Program-made: the position numbers and the translations under genes
Shown: one piece after another, positions 9,992-19,281 of the stretch
How positions within the stretch are numbered: the first letter of the stretch is position 1
Layout of the letters: every line of letters begins with the position of its first letter
NCBI GenBank assembly: GCA_043814705.1
Contig: JBDRJR010000038.1
Location: 1 to 57,479, forward strand
Source of the DNA: Verrucomicrobiota bacterium
Lineage (GTDB): Bacteria; Verrucomicrobiota; Kiritimatiellia; JAAZAB01
Direction of reading: 5' to 3'
Length of the DNA stretch: 57,479 bases
The notes under the pieces: model-generated
The model's database searches: none
What the model saw: the letters and a program-made list of their open reading frames with translations, nothing else
What the model was told of the DNA's origin: nothing

Positions 9992-11146
9992 ATGGAGATT
10001 CGAGACGTTCCGTTTGCGGCGATGGGCGGGATCTATGAAGCCGATGATCGTGAGGCCGTTCGGCGCTTGCTTGAGGCGGTCGAGGGGCCAAGCGGCAATT
10101 TCTTTCCGATGCCGGAGGAAACCGAGTTCCAGACCATGCTGGCGCGCCACGAGGGCGCGGGCAAGGCGGTGGCCGTCAATTCCTGCGGCACGGCGCTGGA
10201 TTGCTGTATGATGGCGCTGGGTGTCAAGGCCGGTGACGAGGTCATCACCACGCCCCTGACCTTCGTCTGCACGGCCGGCACGGTCGTGGCGCGCGGCGCG
10301 CGGGTGGTGTTTGCCGATATCGATCCGGTAACCTGGAGCCTCAACCCGGCCAGAGTCAGGGCGCGCATAACTAAAAAAACAAAAGCCGTCATTCCGGTGC
10401 ATTTTTCCGGACGGGCCTGCGATATTGATGCCTTCGACGCCATTACCCGCGAAACCGGTATTCCGGTGATTTATGACGCCGCCCATGCGGTCGGCGCAAA
10501 ATACAAGGGACGCCCCATCGGCGGCCGCGGCCAGGCGGCCTGCTACAGTTTCCAGAGCAACAAGAACATGACCTGCCTGGGCGAGGGTGGGGCGATTACG
10601 ACAAATGACGAGGCGTTTGCCGAACGCGTGCGCCAACTGAAAACTTTCGGTTACGTCTATGGCGGTCCAACCCTGCGGGTTGCCAGCATCGGTTTCAATT
10701 ACCGGATGACCAAACCCCAGTATGCCGTGGGTATAACCCAGTTGAACAAGATTGACCGTGTGATTAAGTTGCGCCAGGAACGCATGGTCAAGCTCAACGA
10801 ACTTCTGGCCGATGTTTCCGGAATCATCCGGCCGGCGGGCCACGGACCGGAACACGGCAGTCACCTTTATGTCGTGCGGTTGGACACCGATAAGACCGGC
10901 TTCGGTGTCCCGGAATTCACGGCGCATTTGAAATCGAAATATAAAGTCGGCACGTCCAAGCATTATCCGCCGGTGTGGACCTGGGAGGCTTTCCAGCAGT
11001 TGGGCTATAACGGCGAGGGTTGTCCGCTGGCCGCGAAAATCTGCGCGCAGGTCGTGAGCCTGCCGGTATTTCCGCGAACGACGGAGGAGGATTTGGCTTA
11101 CATTGCGTGGGCCGTCAAGGAAACGATAAGGGATTTGAAGCGATAA
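9992..11146 (+). CDS. DegT/DnrJ/EryC1/StrS family sugar aminotransferase
   Basis: NSCGTAL, PLTF, DAAHAVG, SFQSNKNM (PLP lysine), GEGGAI, GFNYRM. Confidence 0.93.
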   Translation: MEIRDVPFAAMGGIYEADDREAVRRLLEAVEGPSGNFFPMPEETEFQTMLARHEGAGKAVAVNSCGTALDCCMMALGVKAGDEVITTPLTFVCTAGTVVARGARVVFADIDPVTWSLNPARVRARITKKTKAVIPVHFSGRACDIDAFDAITRETGIPVIYDAAHAVGAKYKGRPIGGRGQAACYSFQSNKNMTCLGEGGAITTNDEAFAERVRQLKTFGYVYGGPTLRVASIGFNYRMTKPQYAVGITQLNKIDRVIKLRQERMVKLNELLADVSGIIRPAGHGPEHGSHLYVVRLDTDKTGFGVPEFTAHLKSKYKVGTSKHYPPVWTWEAFQQLGYNGEGCPLAAKICAQVVSLPVFPRTTEEDLAYIAWAVKETIRDLKR

Positions 11147-11238
11147 TGAATGCGATTTTAAGGTGGGCGCCGACCTCCGGGCGGCGCTGATTTACATAAC
11201 TTTACAATGCCTATACATTGAAATAGAAAAAGGAAACC

Positions 11239-12954
11239 ATGAGTGCGCCAATCAAGGGATTTGTCCAACGCAGGCGGCATCCTTCGTCCGGCAATGCCTG
11301 CCTGCTGGTTATCGTTGACAGCCAGGCGTCGTTCTGGAATCACATGATCGTTGACGAAACGATCCTGCGTGCCCTGGAGCATTTCGGCATGCCCTATCGC
11401 TTGCTGGACCTGGCGCAGACCGCTCTGACGGCCAATGTCTTGAGGGAATGCGCCTGCTTGGTGCTGGCTCAAAGCCAGATCGGCGCCAGCCTGACACGCG
11501 CGGATGCGGGACTGATTGCCGCGGCCGTGCAGGACGGCATGGGACTCGTGAATTTCGACAACGATCTGCGCCTCTATCCGGGGGACTATCGCGCTATTTT
11601 CGGGTTCGAGCGCGTCAATCCGCATGCGGGCGTAACCGGCGTTGTGCGCATTCGGCCGGTGGATCATTATATTTCTGCGCTCCAGGAACCCGGCGCATTT
11701 CATAATCTGGACTGCATGGCCACGTTCACGATCGTGGAAGGCTGGCGACCGGATGTCGTCCCGCTGGCGGAAGGCGTGCTGGGCAAGGAGCAGTTGATTT
11801 ACATACGGCATCTCACGCCGGGCAGTTCGTTGATTCCGGGAGTATATCCCATCCTGTTTGCCGGGCGGCGCGGGCGCGGTAAGGCGGTCCAGTTCACGAT
11901 CAATCCGCGGGTCTGGCGCCGGGCGATTTACGGACATGGGCGCGATCTGGACGATCTGTTCTGGCGCGCGCTGGTCTGGGCAGTGCGCAAGCCGTTCGCG
12001 GCCAACCTGATTCCGCCCTTCGTTACCATGTCGGTGGACGACTGTTCCGGCGCGCACGATTTCGGCTACGTGGACATTGCCTGTCGGCGCGGATTCATTC
12101 CCATGCCGTCGTTATTCCTGAAAAACGTGCCGCCGCGGCTCTATCCGCAGATTCGCGGTCATCTCAAGCGCGGAACAGCGCAGTTCAACACGCATGCCGT
12201 TGATTATTACGACTTGATGATATTCCGGTTCGGCCAGGGTGAACGCTCCGATGCCGAGCTCAAGCGCCGCTTCGACTATGAGGCCGCCTGGTGGCGCAAA
12301 GTGGGCGCCTGGCCGGGTCCGGCACTGCGTTTCCATTGGGGCGAATATGGTGTGCGCGCTTTGCCATTCTTGAAGCGCTCGGGGCGCTTGTTTTTCAATC
12401 CGGCGCTTCAGACCGGACTCATGAAAGCCGACCATTGCATGCAGGACGGATTCTGGCCGTATAACCTGCAAACGCGTTATTACGATTACCTGCCGGACGA
12501 CCATGATTTTTATGGGTTTGCCTCCGTTCCCGGCCGTTACCAGGAGGATTTTCTGGTAGGCAACACGATTTGCGACGGCAAGGCCAACGACGTGGAAAAA
12601 GCCGCCGCGACGGCCGCCGGCCAGGTTGTCGCCGGTTTGCGCGGCGGTTTTTACGGCGAATGCATCACCCACGAACAGCGCATCGCCGTGCTGGCGCTGG
12701 AGGAATGGGAGCGGGTGTTGGACAGCGTCGAACGGCGCCTGCAAAAAATCGAAAAAATATTTACCGGCCACGATCAAATCGGTAAGTATCTGCGCGAACG
12801 CGAGAGCATCCGGCTTGACCGCGCGGAAGTCAAGGCGCGGCGATTGAGCTGGAAAATAACCGGGCGCGCGAAAGCGCCCATCCTGCTTTCGGTGTTTGAA
12901 GATGAAGGCGACACGGTCAAACGCCGGTTCCAGACAATTCCGGCCAATGCTTGA
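11239..12954 (+). CDS. Hypothetical protein with architecture similar to 7074-8834 (GATase-like plus deacetylase-like)
   Basis: YRLLDLAQTALTANVL resembles RETLDLARQDLTAECL of 7074; SVDD, NTH and THE motifs; RBS AAGGA. Confidence 0.55.
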   Translation: MSAPIKGFVQRRRHPSSGNACLLVIVDSQASFWNHMIVDETILRALEHFGMPYRLLDLAQTALTANVLRECACLVLAQSQIGASLTRADAGLIAAAVQDGMGLVNFDNDLRLYPGDYRAIFGFERVNPHAGVTGVVRIRPVDHYISALQEPGAFHNLDCMATFTIVEGWRPDVVPLAEGVLGKEQLIYIRHLTPGSSLIPGVYPILFAGRRGRGKAVQFTINPRVWRRAIYGHGRDLDDLFWRALVWAVRKPFAANLIPPFVTMSVDDCSGAHDFGYVDIACRRGFIPMPSLFLKNVPPRLYPQIRGHLKRGTAQFNTHAVDYYDLMIFRFGQGERSDAELKRRFDYEAAWWRKVGAWPGPALRFHWGEYGVRALPFLKRSGRLFFNPALQTGLMKADHCMQDGFWPYNLQTRYYDYLPDDHDFYGFASVPGRYQEDFLVGNTICDGKANDVEKAAATAAGQVVAGLRGGFYGECITHEQRIAVLALEEWERVLDSVERRLQKIEKIFTGHDQIGKYLRERESIRLDRAEVKARRLSWKITGRAKAPILLSVFEDEGDTVKRRFQTIPANA

Positions 12955-12980
12955 TTGCTAAAATAGGGAAAGGGATGCCA

Positions 12981-13982
12981 ATGCAAAACGTCAGATGGGC
13001 TCTGATCGGCGCCGGGGATATTGCGCAGAAGCGGGTGGGGCCGGCACTTATGACGGAACCGCGCAGCCGGCTGAAAGTCATTATAGATGTCAGCCCGGAA
13101 CGGGCCAAAAAGCTGGCCGATCAGTTAGGCGGCTGTGCCGTGGACGATCGGTTGGACACGGTGCTGGCCGATCCGGCTATTGATGCCGTGTATCTGGCAA
13201 CACCGGTCTGTATGCATGTCGAACAGGTGTCCGCGGCGCTGAAGGCAGGCAAACATGTGCTTTGTGAAAAACCGCTGGCCTTGAACTGTAATGAGGCCCG
13301 TTGCCTGACCGCCCTGGACAACGGAGCGCGCCAGGCGGGGGTTGCCTATTTCCGGCGCTTTTATCCGAAATATCTACAGGCGCAGGATATGCTGAAGGCG
13401 GGCACATTCGGCCAGGTAGTGCTTTTGCGTCTGGCCTATCACACGTGGTGTGAAATCAAACCGGAAAATCCCAAGTTCTGGCGAATGCTCAAAGCCCAGT
13501 CGGGTGGGGGCGTGCTTTCCGACATGGGCTGCCACATGTTTGACGTCATGATCGGTCTTTTCGGACTGCCGGCAACTGTCTTTGCGCGCGTGCGTACGCA
13601 AACCTTTGCGTATGAGGTTGAAGATTCCGCCGTCATGGTCATGCGCTATGCCAAGGGCCCTGATGTCACCGCCAGTTTTAACTGGAATTCCAAGACCTGG
13701 ACGCAGGAATTTGAAATTGTCGGCACGGAAGCCAAGGTCAAGTGGCATCCTTATGACAGCGCCAAGGTAACCCGCACGGTGGGTCGTAACGTCGAGGACC
13801 TGGAGTTGCCCAATCATGTCAATGTGCACTATCCGATGATCGCTGATTTCGTTTCGGCCGTGATCGAAGACCGCGCGCCGGCGGTAACCATTGCGGAAGC
13901 TGTAAAAACCAACTTGTTGCTGGATGCCATTTACCGGTCAAGCGAATCAGGTCGGGAAGTCAACCTCACGGAGGTCTGTTAA
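12981..13982 (+). CDS. Gfo/Idh/MocA family oxidoreductase
   Basis: WALIGAGDIA, HVLCEKP, GGGVLSDMGCH. Confidence 0.93.
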   Translation: MQNVRWALIGAGDIAQKRVGPALMTEPRSRLKVIIDVSPERAKKLADQLGGCAVDDRLDTVLADPAIDAVYLATPVCMHVEQVSAALKAGKHVLCEKPLALNCNEARCLTALDNGARQAGVAYFRRFYPKYLQAQDMLKAGTFGQVVLLRLAYHTWCEIKPENPKFWRMLKAQSGGGVLSDMGCHMFDVMIGLFGLPATVFARVRTQTFAYEVEDSAVMVMRYAKGPDVTASFNWNSKTWTQEFEIVGTEAKVKWHPYDSAKVTRTVGRNVEDLELPNHVNVHYPMIADFVSAVIEDRAPAVTIAEAVKTNLLLDAIYRSSESGREVNLTEVC

Positions 13983-15382
13983 TGAGTGCCGCCCAGCGTC
14001 ATAAGGTGGCCGGGCCACAGCGCAAGCTGGAGGCGCCGGGCTCATGCGACGCCTCCAAAAATAGACATGCCGCCGATATGGATGCAACCCATGCGGCCGC
14101 CGCCCCGACGCGTATCCTGCCGGCGGCGCCGGGAAATGATTTTCCGGAATTCATTCGGAACTACTTTGACGAATGTCACCGGCGTATGCCGGCGATTGAG
14201 GCGATTGCCGGAAAGTGGTCGTTTGAAGATTTGATTCCCGGCATGAGCGATTTTGATACGCGTTTTCTGTGTGCCGACAGCATGACTGCGGCCGACTGGT
14301 GCCGGATGTCTATGATTGTCGGCCAGGTGCACCTAGATCTCTGCCGGAAATATCCGCAGTGGGTCCGCATTCTGGAACATCTGCCGGGCATCAATCTCAC
14401 CTGGAATGAGCTGGCCGATGAAATCACCTACTACCCGGAATACCTGCAGTGGACATTTTACCATTCGACCAACGCGCCGCGTCAGCAGGCGACGCTAAGC
14501 TTTCTGGAACGGCGTGCATGGGATCGCAAAGACGAGTATTTTCATCTTAAAAAATTTCTGCTGTATTACGGACCTTATGACCGTTCCTTTGACCGGTCCA
14601 TCAACCTTGGTCCATATGCGGTCAAGTATCCGCTCCATAGCCGGCTGATGCACTATTTTACACCGCCGCTTCAATCGGCCGTGTCAATCTGCCTGAAACG
14701 GCCCGTGCGCGGGAAAATGGAAGCCCTGCGTCTGGCGGCCGAGCTGTTTCCGGAGACGCCGGTCTTCCGGGAAGTGCTGGACTTGGCGGCAAGTCATTAT
14801 GAATCGCCGGAATTATACGATGAGCCGGCGCTGACCGGTCTGGAACACCGTCTGTTGCAGGGCCTGGATGCGGCGGCCTCCGGCCTGAAACGCCATATTT
14901 CGATTCTGCCGCCGGCGGCAGTTGATTCCGGTCCGCAGGCCTGGCGTTTGGCGCTTGGAGCCGTGCGTATGGATCCGGCACTTTTGATTTTTGACAATGC
15001 CAAGTTTGCGCGGCTGATGCGTGGACGGCTTTATTTTTATGTCAACGCGCCCGCGTATTTCGACCATGTTTATCTGATCCAAAATGAACTTAATCGCATT
15101 GGCCATAATTTTTTCCACGTGCCTTTCAGCATTTTCCGGGAGCTTGCCCGGGGTGAAAAAACGGATGACCCGGCCGCGTTTGTGCCCAGCCTGGTTCCCG
15201 AGCTGTTGACGGCCGAAGAAGCCGCCTGCACTTTGGAATTCGCGCGCCTCGCCGGCCAGCCGTATGCCGGCCGGGAAGATGCCGTTGCGCGCGCGATCAT
15301 CCGGGTTTTTGACGGTTTCTATTGCGCGCTATATAAAGTCAGTCAGGCCACAATCAATCTTGCAAGGAGATCCGCATCATGA
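13982..15382 (+). CDS. Hypothetical protein with a Pol-beta-type nucleotidyltransferase-like motif
   Basis: IAGKWSFEDLIPGMSDFDTRF resembles hG[GS]x(9-13)DhD; helical remainder; TAATG coupling. Confidence 0.55.
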   Translation: MSAAQRHKVAGPQRKLEAPGSCDASKNRHAADMDATHAAAAPTRILPAAPGNDFPEFIRNYFDECHRRMPAIEAIAGKWSFEDLIPGMSDFDTRFLCADSMTAADWCRMSMIVGQVHLDLCRKYPQWVRILEHLPGINLTWNELADEITYYPEYLQWTFYHSTNAPRQQATLSFLERRAWDRKDEYFHLKKFLLYYGPYDRSFDRSINLGPYAVKYPLHSRLMHYFTPPLQSAVSICLKRPVRGKMEALRLAAELFPETPVFREVLDLAASHYESPELYDEPALTGLEHRLLQGLDAAASGLKRHISILPPAAVDSGPQAWRLALGAVRMDPALLIFDNAKFARLMRGRLYFYVNAPAYFDHVYLIQNELNRIGHNFFHVPFSIFRELARGEKTDDPAAFVPSLVPELLTAEEAACTLEFARLAGQPYAGREDAVARAIIRVFDGFYCALYKVSQATINLARRSAS

Positions 15383-16515
15383 AAGTCATTGCGCATAAAC
15401 TGCGGTCACAACGGTTCGTAAACTGGAAAACCGAAGTGGAAAACCACTGGGATTACGCTGATTTTCTGAAAAATAAGTCGTGGCGCACCGGTTGGATCAG
15501 TTTTGACTGCTGTTGTTATCTCCCGGAAACCGATCGGGTTTACTGCGGGATAACCTCGTTTGACGCGGATATCTTCTGGGCATTTGACCGCGCTTCAAAA
15601 AAATTTGTTGATTGCGGCTTCGGACGTATTCGCAACCCTTATGATGCCAAATTCCACCGTAGTCTGGTGCAGTGGAAAAACGACGGATGCCTTTATGCGG
15701 CAATTGCCCTTTTGCACGATATTGACCGCTACTGGGACGCGCCGGGCGGCGCGATTGTAAAATATAACCCCCTGACCGGCGATATCGCCAAACTTTCCGT
15801 TCCCATCCCGCATCATTATATTCAGTCCATTTGTTTGGCCCAGGCGGAAGGTGTCATCTACGGAATTACCTTCACCCCGGAAAAACTTTTCAGCTTTGAT
15901 ATACGGACGGGGCTAAGCCGCGACGTTGGGCCGATCGGCAGCGGGTCCGAGATGGGGCAGGGGGAGAACGTTGCCATTGACGCAGAAGGATGCGTCTGGA
16001 CCGGCTGGGGATTGACCCGGGCCTGGCAATCAAGCGCCGGACCTGACCGCCACCGGCTGTGTAAATACGACCCCGCCAAACAAAAAATGGTTTATTTCAA
16101 TTCAGGATTGCCTAATCCGGACGGGAGTTACGGTTTCAGCAAGGTGGAGGGCATTTTTAATCTTGCCGGCAAACTGTTTGCCAGCGGTGGAAATGGTTCG
16201 CTTTATCGGGTTGATACCGCCACTGGCAAGGGTAAATATCTTTTCACGCCGGTTGCCGATCGAAAAAGCCGGCTTGCATCATTGCGCATGGCGCCGGATG
16301 GCTATGCCTATGGTGTTATTGGCCGGGATGGCCATTGCGAGTTGCTGCAGTTTGACCCCCGTAAAGAAAAATATAAGTTATCCGGCCGGATAACTGATGG
16401 GAAAGAAAACTGCTGGCAGGTGCACGACGTGGCGATAACCGCCCAGGGCATTATTTTTGCCTGTGAAAACGATAATCCTGGACGAAGTGGTTATTTATGG
16501 GAAATTCGCGCCTGA
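15379..16515 (+). CDS. Beta-propeller repeat protein (NHL/SMP-30-like)
   Basis: Repeated blades with KYNP, SFDI, KYDP, RVDT and QFDP turns and DGxxY motifs. Confidence 0.6.
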   Translation: MKVIAHKLRSQRFVNWKTEVENHWDYADFLKNKSWRTGWISFDCCCYLPETDRVYCGITSFDADIFWAFDRASKKFVDCGFGRIRNPYDAKFHRSLVQWKNDGCLYAAIALLHDIDRYWDAPGGAIVKYNPLTGDIAKLSVPIPHHYIQSICLAQAEGVIYGITFTPEKLFSFDIRTGLSRDVGPIGSGSEMGQGENVAIDAEGCVWTGWGLTRAWQSSAGPDRHRLCKYDPAKQKMVYFNSGLPNPDGSYGFSKVEGIFNLAGKLFASGGNGSLYRVDTATGKGKYLFTPVADRKSRLASLRMAPDGYAYGVIGRDGHCELLQFDPRKEKYKLSGRITDGKENCWQVHDVAITAQGIIFACENDNPGRSGYLWEIRA

Positions 16516-16537
16516 TGCCGATTCGACTGATCATACC

Positions 16538-17278
16538 ATGAATATTATTGATGCCCATGTTTATTTGGGCACGGGCGCACACTTGCGCCAGACATCCGCG
16601 GAACTCCTGGCCCGGATGGATGAAGCCGCCGTGATCGCGGCCATTGCCGCTCCGGTTGACCGTTATCTGGCGGTGGATAATGCGGCCGGCAATCGCCTGA
16701 TGCTGAAAGCGGTTGCGCGCTGTTCCGGGCGACTGTTCGGCATGGCCTGCGCCAATCCATGGTTTGGCCGCAAAGCCCTGCGGGAGGCGCGTCAGGCTTT
16801 GCAAGCCGGGTTAAGCGCGCTGGTGATTCATTCGGTTTATCAAGGGTTCCGGCTGAGCGATCATCTGGTTGATCCACTGCTTGGCCTGGCGGCCGAGTTT
16901 CAAGTGCCGGTTTATGCCCACACCGGCACCGCCGGGATAGCGGAACCGTTTCACGTGGCGGAGCTGGCGCGGCGTTTTCCGGACGTGGCGTTCATCATGC
17001 TCCATGCCGGCGCAAGCGATTATTACGCCGATGCCGTAAGCGCCATGGAATATGGAGCAAATCTATGGCTGGAAACATCTCGTAATGGACCCGCCAATTT
17101 TTGCCTGTTCAAAAACGCCGGATTGACTGAACGCCTGCTGTTTGGCAGTAGTGCGCCGGAATATATTCCGGCCGTTGAAATTCAAACCCTGTGTGATGTT
17201 TTCACAACAGCTGACGAACGGGAAGCGATTCTAAGCCGGAATGTCCGCCGGGTTTTTAGGGGGAAACTCAACTTGTGA
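16538..17278 (+). CDS. Amidohydrolase_2 family TIM-barrel protein
   Basis: IIDAHVY, VYAHTG, MLHAG, LLFGSSAP; some metal ligands degenerate. Confidence 0.85.
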   Translation: MNIIDAHVYLGTGAHLRQTSAELLARMDEAAVIAAIAAPVDRYLAVDNAAGNRLMLKAVARCSGRLFGMACANPWFGRKALREARQALQAGLSALVIHSVYQGFRLSDHLVDPLLGLAAEFQVPVYAHTGTAGIAEPFHVAELARRFPDVAFIMLHAGASDYYADAVSAMEYGANLWLETSRNGPANFCLFKNAGLTERLLFGSSAPEYIPAVEIQTLCDVFTTADEREAILSRNVRRVFRGKLNL

Positions 17279-18090
17279 TTATTGATGCCCATACGCATAT
17301 CCGGGTTGATATTCCCAATTATGCCGCAGACAGGAAAAACGTGTACGGGATCGTTTCTTCCGGACCTGATGAATACCTGGCGCAGTACCGCCGCAATGGT
17401 GTGGATGCCTGCTTTACATTCGGCCAGGAATCGTTTCGCAACGCCAGCGTGGCCATGGCGGAAAACGAGGCCCTGTCCGCAGTCCAGCGGCAATATCCCG
17501 CGCGCATCTACGCCTGGGCCACGGTTTGCCCCGGTCTGCCGGAAGCACAGCTTAGGCGGGATATCCGCCAAGCAATTATGCAATTCAAATTACGCGGACT
17601 TAAATTCGTGCCGATCTGCCAGGGTATTGCCCTGTCCTCGCGGGGAATGGCGATCGTGGCGGAGGAGGCCATCGCTCTGAATGTGCCTGTGACTACGCAT
17701 GATGGGTCACCGGAATATTCCAGCGCCATCCAGGTGGTATATTATGCGCGTAAATATCCTGAACTGCGGGTATTGAGCGCGCACAGCGGCCTGCGGGAGC
17801 TGTGGCCGGACTTTCTTGATGCCGTGATGGAACTGCCGAATCTTTATCTGTGCCTGAGCGGACCTACCCAGTGGGGCTTGCAGAAGCTTTACGACACGCT
17901 GGGTCCCGAAAAATTGCTGTTCGGCAGTGATGGCGGACTGGGACATCCGGCCGTGATCACGGCTTACCTGCGGCGCATTGAGCATCTCAAAGCCCCGGCG
18001 GAGCACAAAACAATGATCCTGGGCACGAACGCCTTGCGATTTATCCGGGGTGAATACAATCCCAAGTTGACGGCCAAAAGTTTGTCATAA
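17275..18090 (+). CDS. Amidohydrolase_2 family metal-dependent hydrolase
   Basis: IIDAHTH, GLKF, THDG, AHSG, LLFGSD. Confidence 0.9.
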   Translation: MIIDAHTHIRVDIPNYAADRKNVYGIVSSGPDEYLAQYRRNGVDACFTFGQESFRNASVAMAENEALSAVQRQYPARIYAWATVCPGLPEAQLRRDIRQAIMQFKLRGLKFVPICQGIALSSRGMAIVAEEAIALNVPVTTHDGSPEYSSAIQVVYYARKYPELRVLSAHSGLRELWPDFLDAVMELPNLYLCLSGPTQWGLQKLYDTLGPEKLLFGSDGGLGHPAVITAYLRRIEHLKAPAEHKTMILGTNALRFIRGEYNPKLTAKSLS

Positions 18091-18150
18091 GCATCCGGTG
18101 GGATGTTAATGAAGGCTTTTATCTGAATATATGAAAGGAGGACATTGCAT

Positions 18151-18179
18151 TTGCATACAATGCTTTCATGAATTATTAT
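18151..18179 (+). promoter_or_regulatory. Putative sigma70 promoter of the kelch-like gene
   Basis: TTGCAT, 17 bp spacer, TATTAT; GGAGGT RBS downstream. Confidence 0.5.
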
Positions 18180-18207
18180 CATCATTTTTGTATTGGAGGT
18201 AAGCGTA

Positions 18208-19215
18208 ATGAAATCACAGGATGAGGTAAATTATCAATGGGTCCCGGTCAACGGCAAGGCTGAATTCGCGCCGCGGGATGGCGCCGGCGTGCTCGCGTAT
18301 AAGGGGAAAATGTGGCTGATCGGAGGCTGGAATCCGCAGGACAAGGTTAACTTCCCGAAAATCTGCAATAATGAGGTTTGGAACAGTGTTGATGGTAAAA
18401 ATTGGATGCTGGTTAAGCCGGGCACATTTGGTACGGATGCTTTCAATCCAAAGTCCGACTGGGAAGGGCGCCATTGTGCCGGTTACGGCGTGTTAAACGA
18501 CAAGATGTGGATCATCTGCGGCGATTGTAACCAGAAGCATTATCAGCCTGACATCTGGAACAGCGCCGATGGCGCAAACTGGACGCATGTCAATGCGGGT
18601 CGAACACCGCCCTGGATGCCGCGGGCGCTCCAGCATTCGGTGATCTTCAAAGACGCCATCTGGGTCATGGGCGGTCAGACCATGATCGGCTTTGTTGAGA
18701 ATGGCCCGCCGGATGTTTTCTATAATGATGTCTGGCGTAGCGCCGATGGGATTAATTGGGAAAAAATCGAGATCCAGGGGGATATCTGGGAAGCGCGCGG
18801 CATGATCGGCGGGACGGCGGTGCTCAACGGACGGATGTGGATCATGGGCGGCGGCACTTATGACACGCCTTCGACGCCTAAGCGTAAATATTTCAATGAT
18901 GTCTGGAGCACGGCCGACGGGGTGCGCTGGATCTGCCATACAAAAAACGCGCCGTGGCCGCCGCGCAGTTATCATGAAGTGGCGGCCTTCGACGGCAAAC
19001 TCTGGGTAATGGAAGGCGCCTACCCCAAAGACGGTGAACGCGCCCGGAATCAGAATGACGTATGGTATTCATTCGACGGCGTGAACTGGAGCGAACTGCC
19101 CGGCACGCCGTGGAAACCGCGCCACGCCGCCAGTGTTTTAGTCCATGACAGTGCGTTGTGGATGGTGGCCGGAAACAATATGGAGAGCGATGTCTGGAAA
19201 CTGCGGCGCAAATGA
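18208..19215 (+). CDS. Kelch-like beta-propeller with Asp-box-like repeats
   Basis: About six repeats of MWxxGG...NDVWxSxDGxxW. Confidence 0.8.
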   Translation: MKSQDEVNYQWVPVNGKAEFAPRDGAGVLAYKGKMWLIGGWNPQDKVNFPKICNNEVWNSVDGKNWMLVKPGTFGTDAFNPKSDWEGRHCAGYGVLNDKMWIICGDCNQKHYQPDIWNSADGANWTHVNAGRTPPWMPRALQHSVIFKDAIWVMGGQTMIGFVENGPPDVFYNDVWRSADGINWEKIEIQGDIWEARGMIGGTAVLNGRMWIMGGGTYDTPSTPKRKYFNDVWSTADGVRWICHTKNAPWPPRSYHEVAAFDGKLWVMEGAYPKDGERARNQNDVWYSFDGVNWSELPGTPWKPRHAASVLVHDSALWMVAGNNMESDVWKLRRK

Positions 19216-19281
19216 AAATTAAATCAGTCCTTGCCGTCTGAGATCAGGTAAAAATGCGCGGCTTTGATCGGAAGGAACCCG

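Noticed and set aside
9968-10963. Long antisense ORF opposite DegT (likewise 212-961, 11158-12057, 26836-27759, 31779-32624, 38451-39596, 42561-43427)
   Set aside because: Shadow ORFs of GC-rich genes with no recognisable motifs
11161-11189. Short REP-like hairpins (also 4657-4681, 14028-14057, 33102-33130, 33165-33192)
   Set aside because: Plausible REP remnants, but too degenerate to define as features by eye
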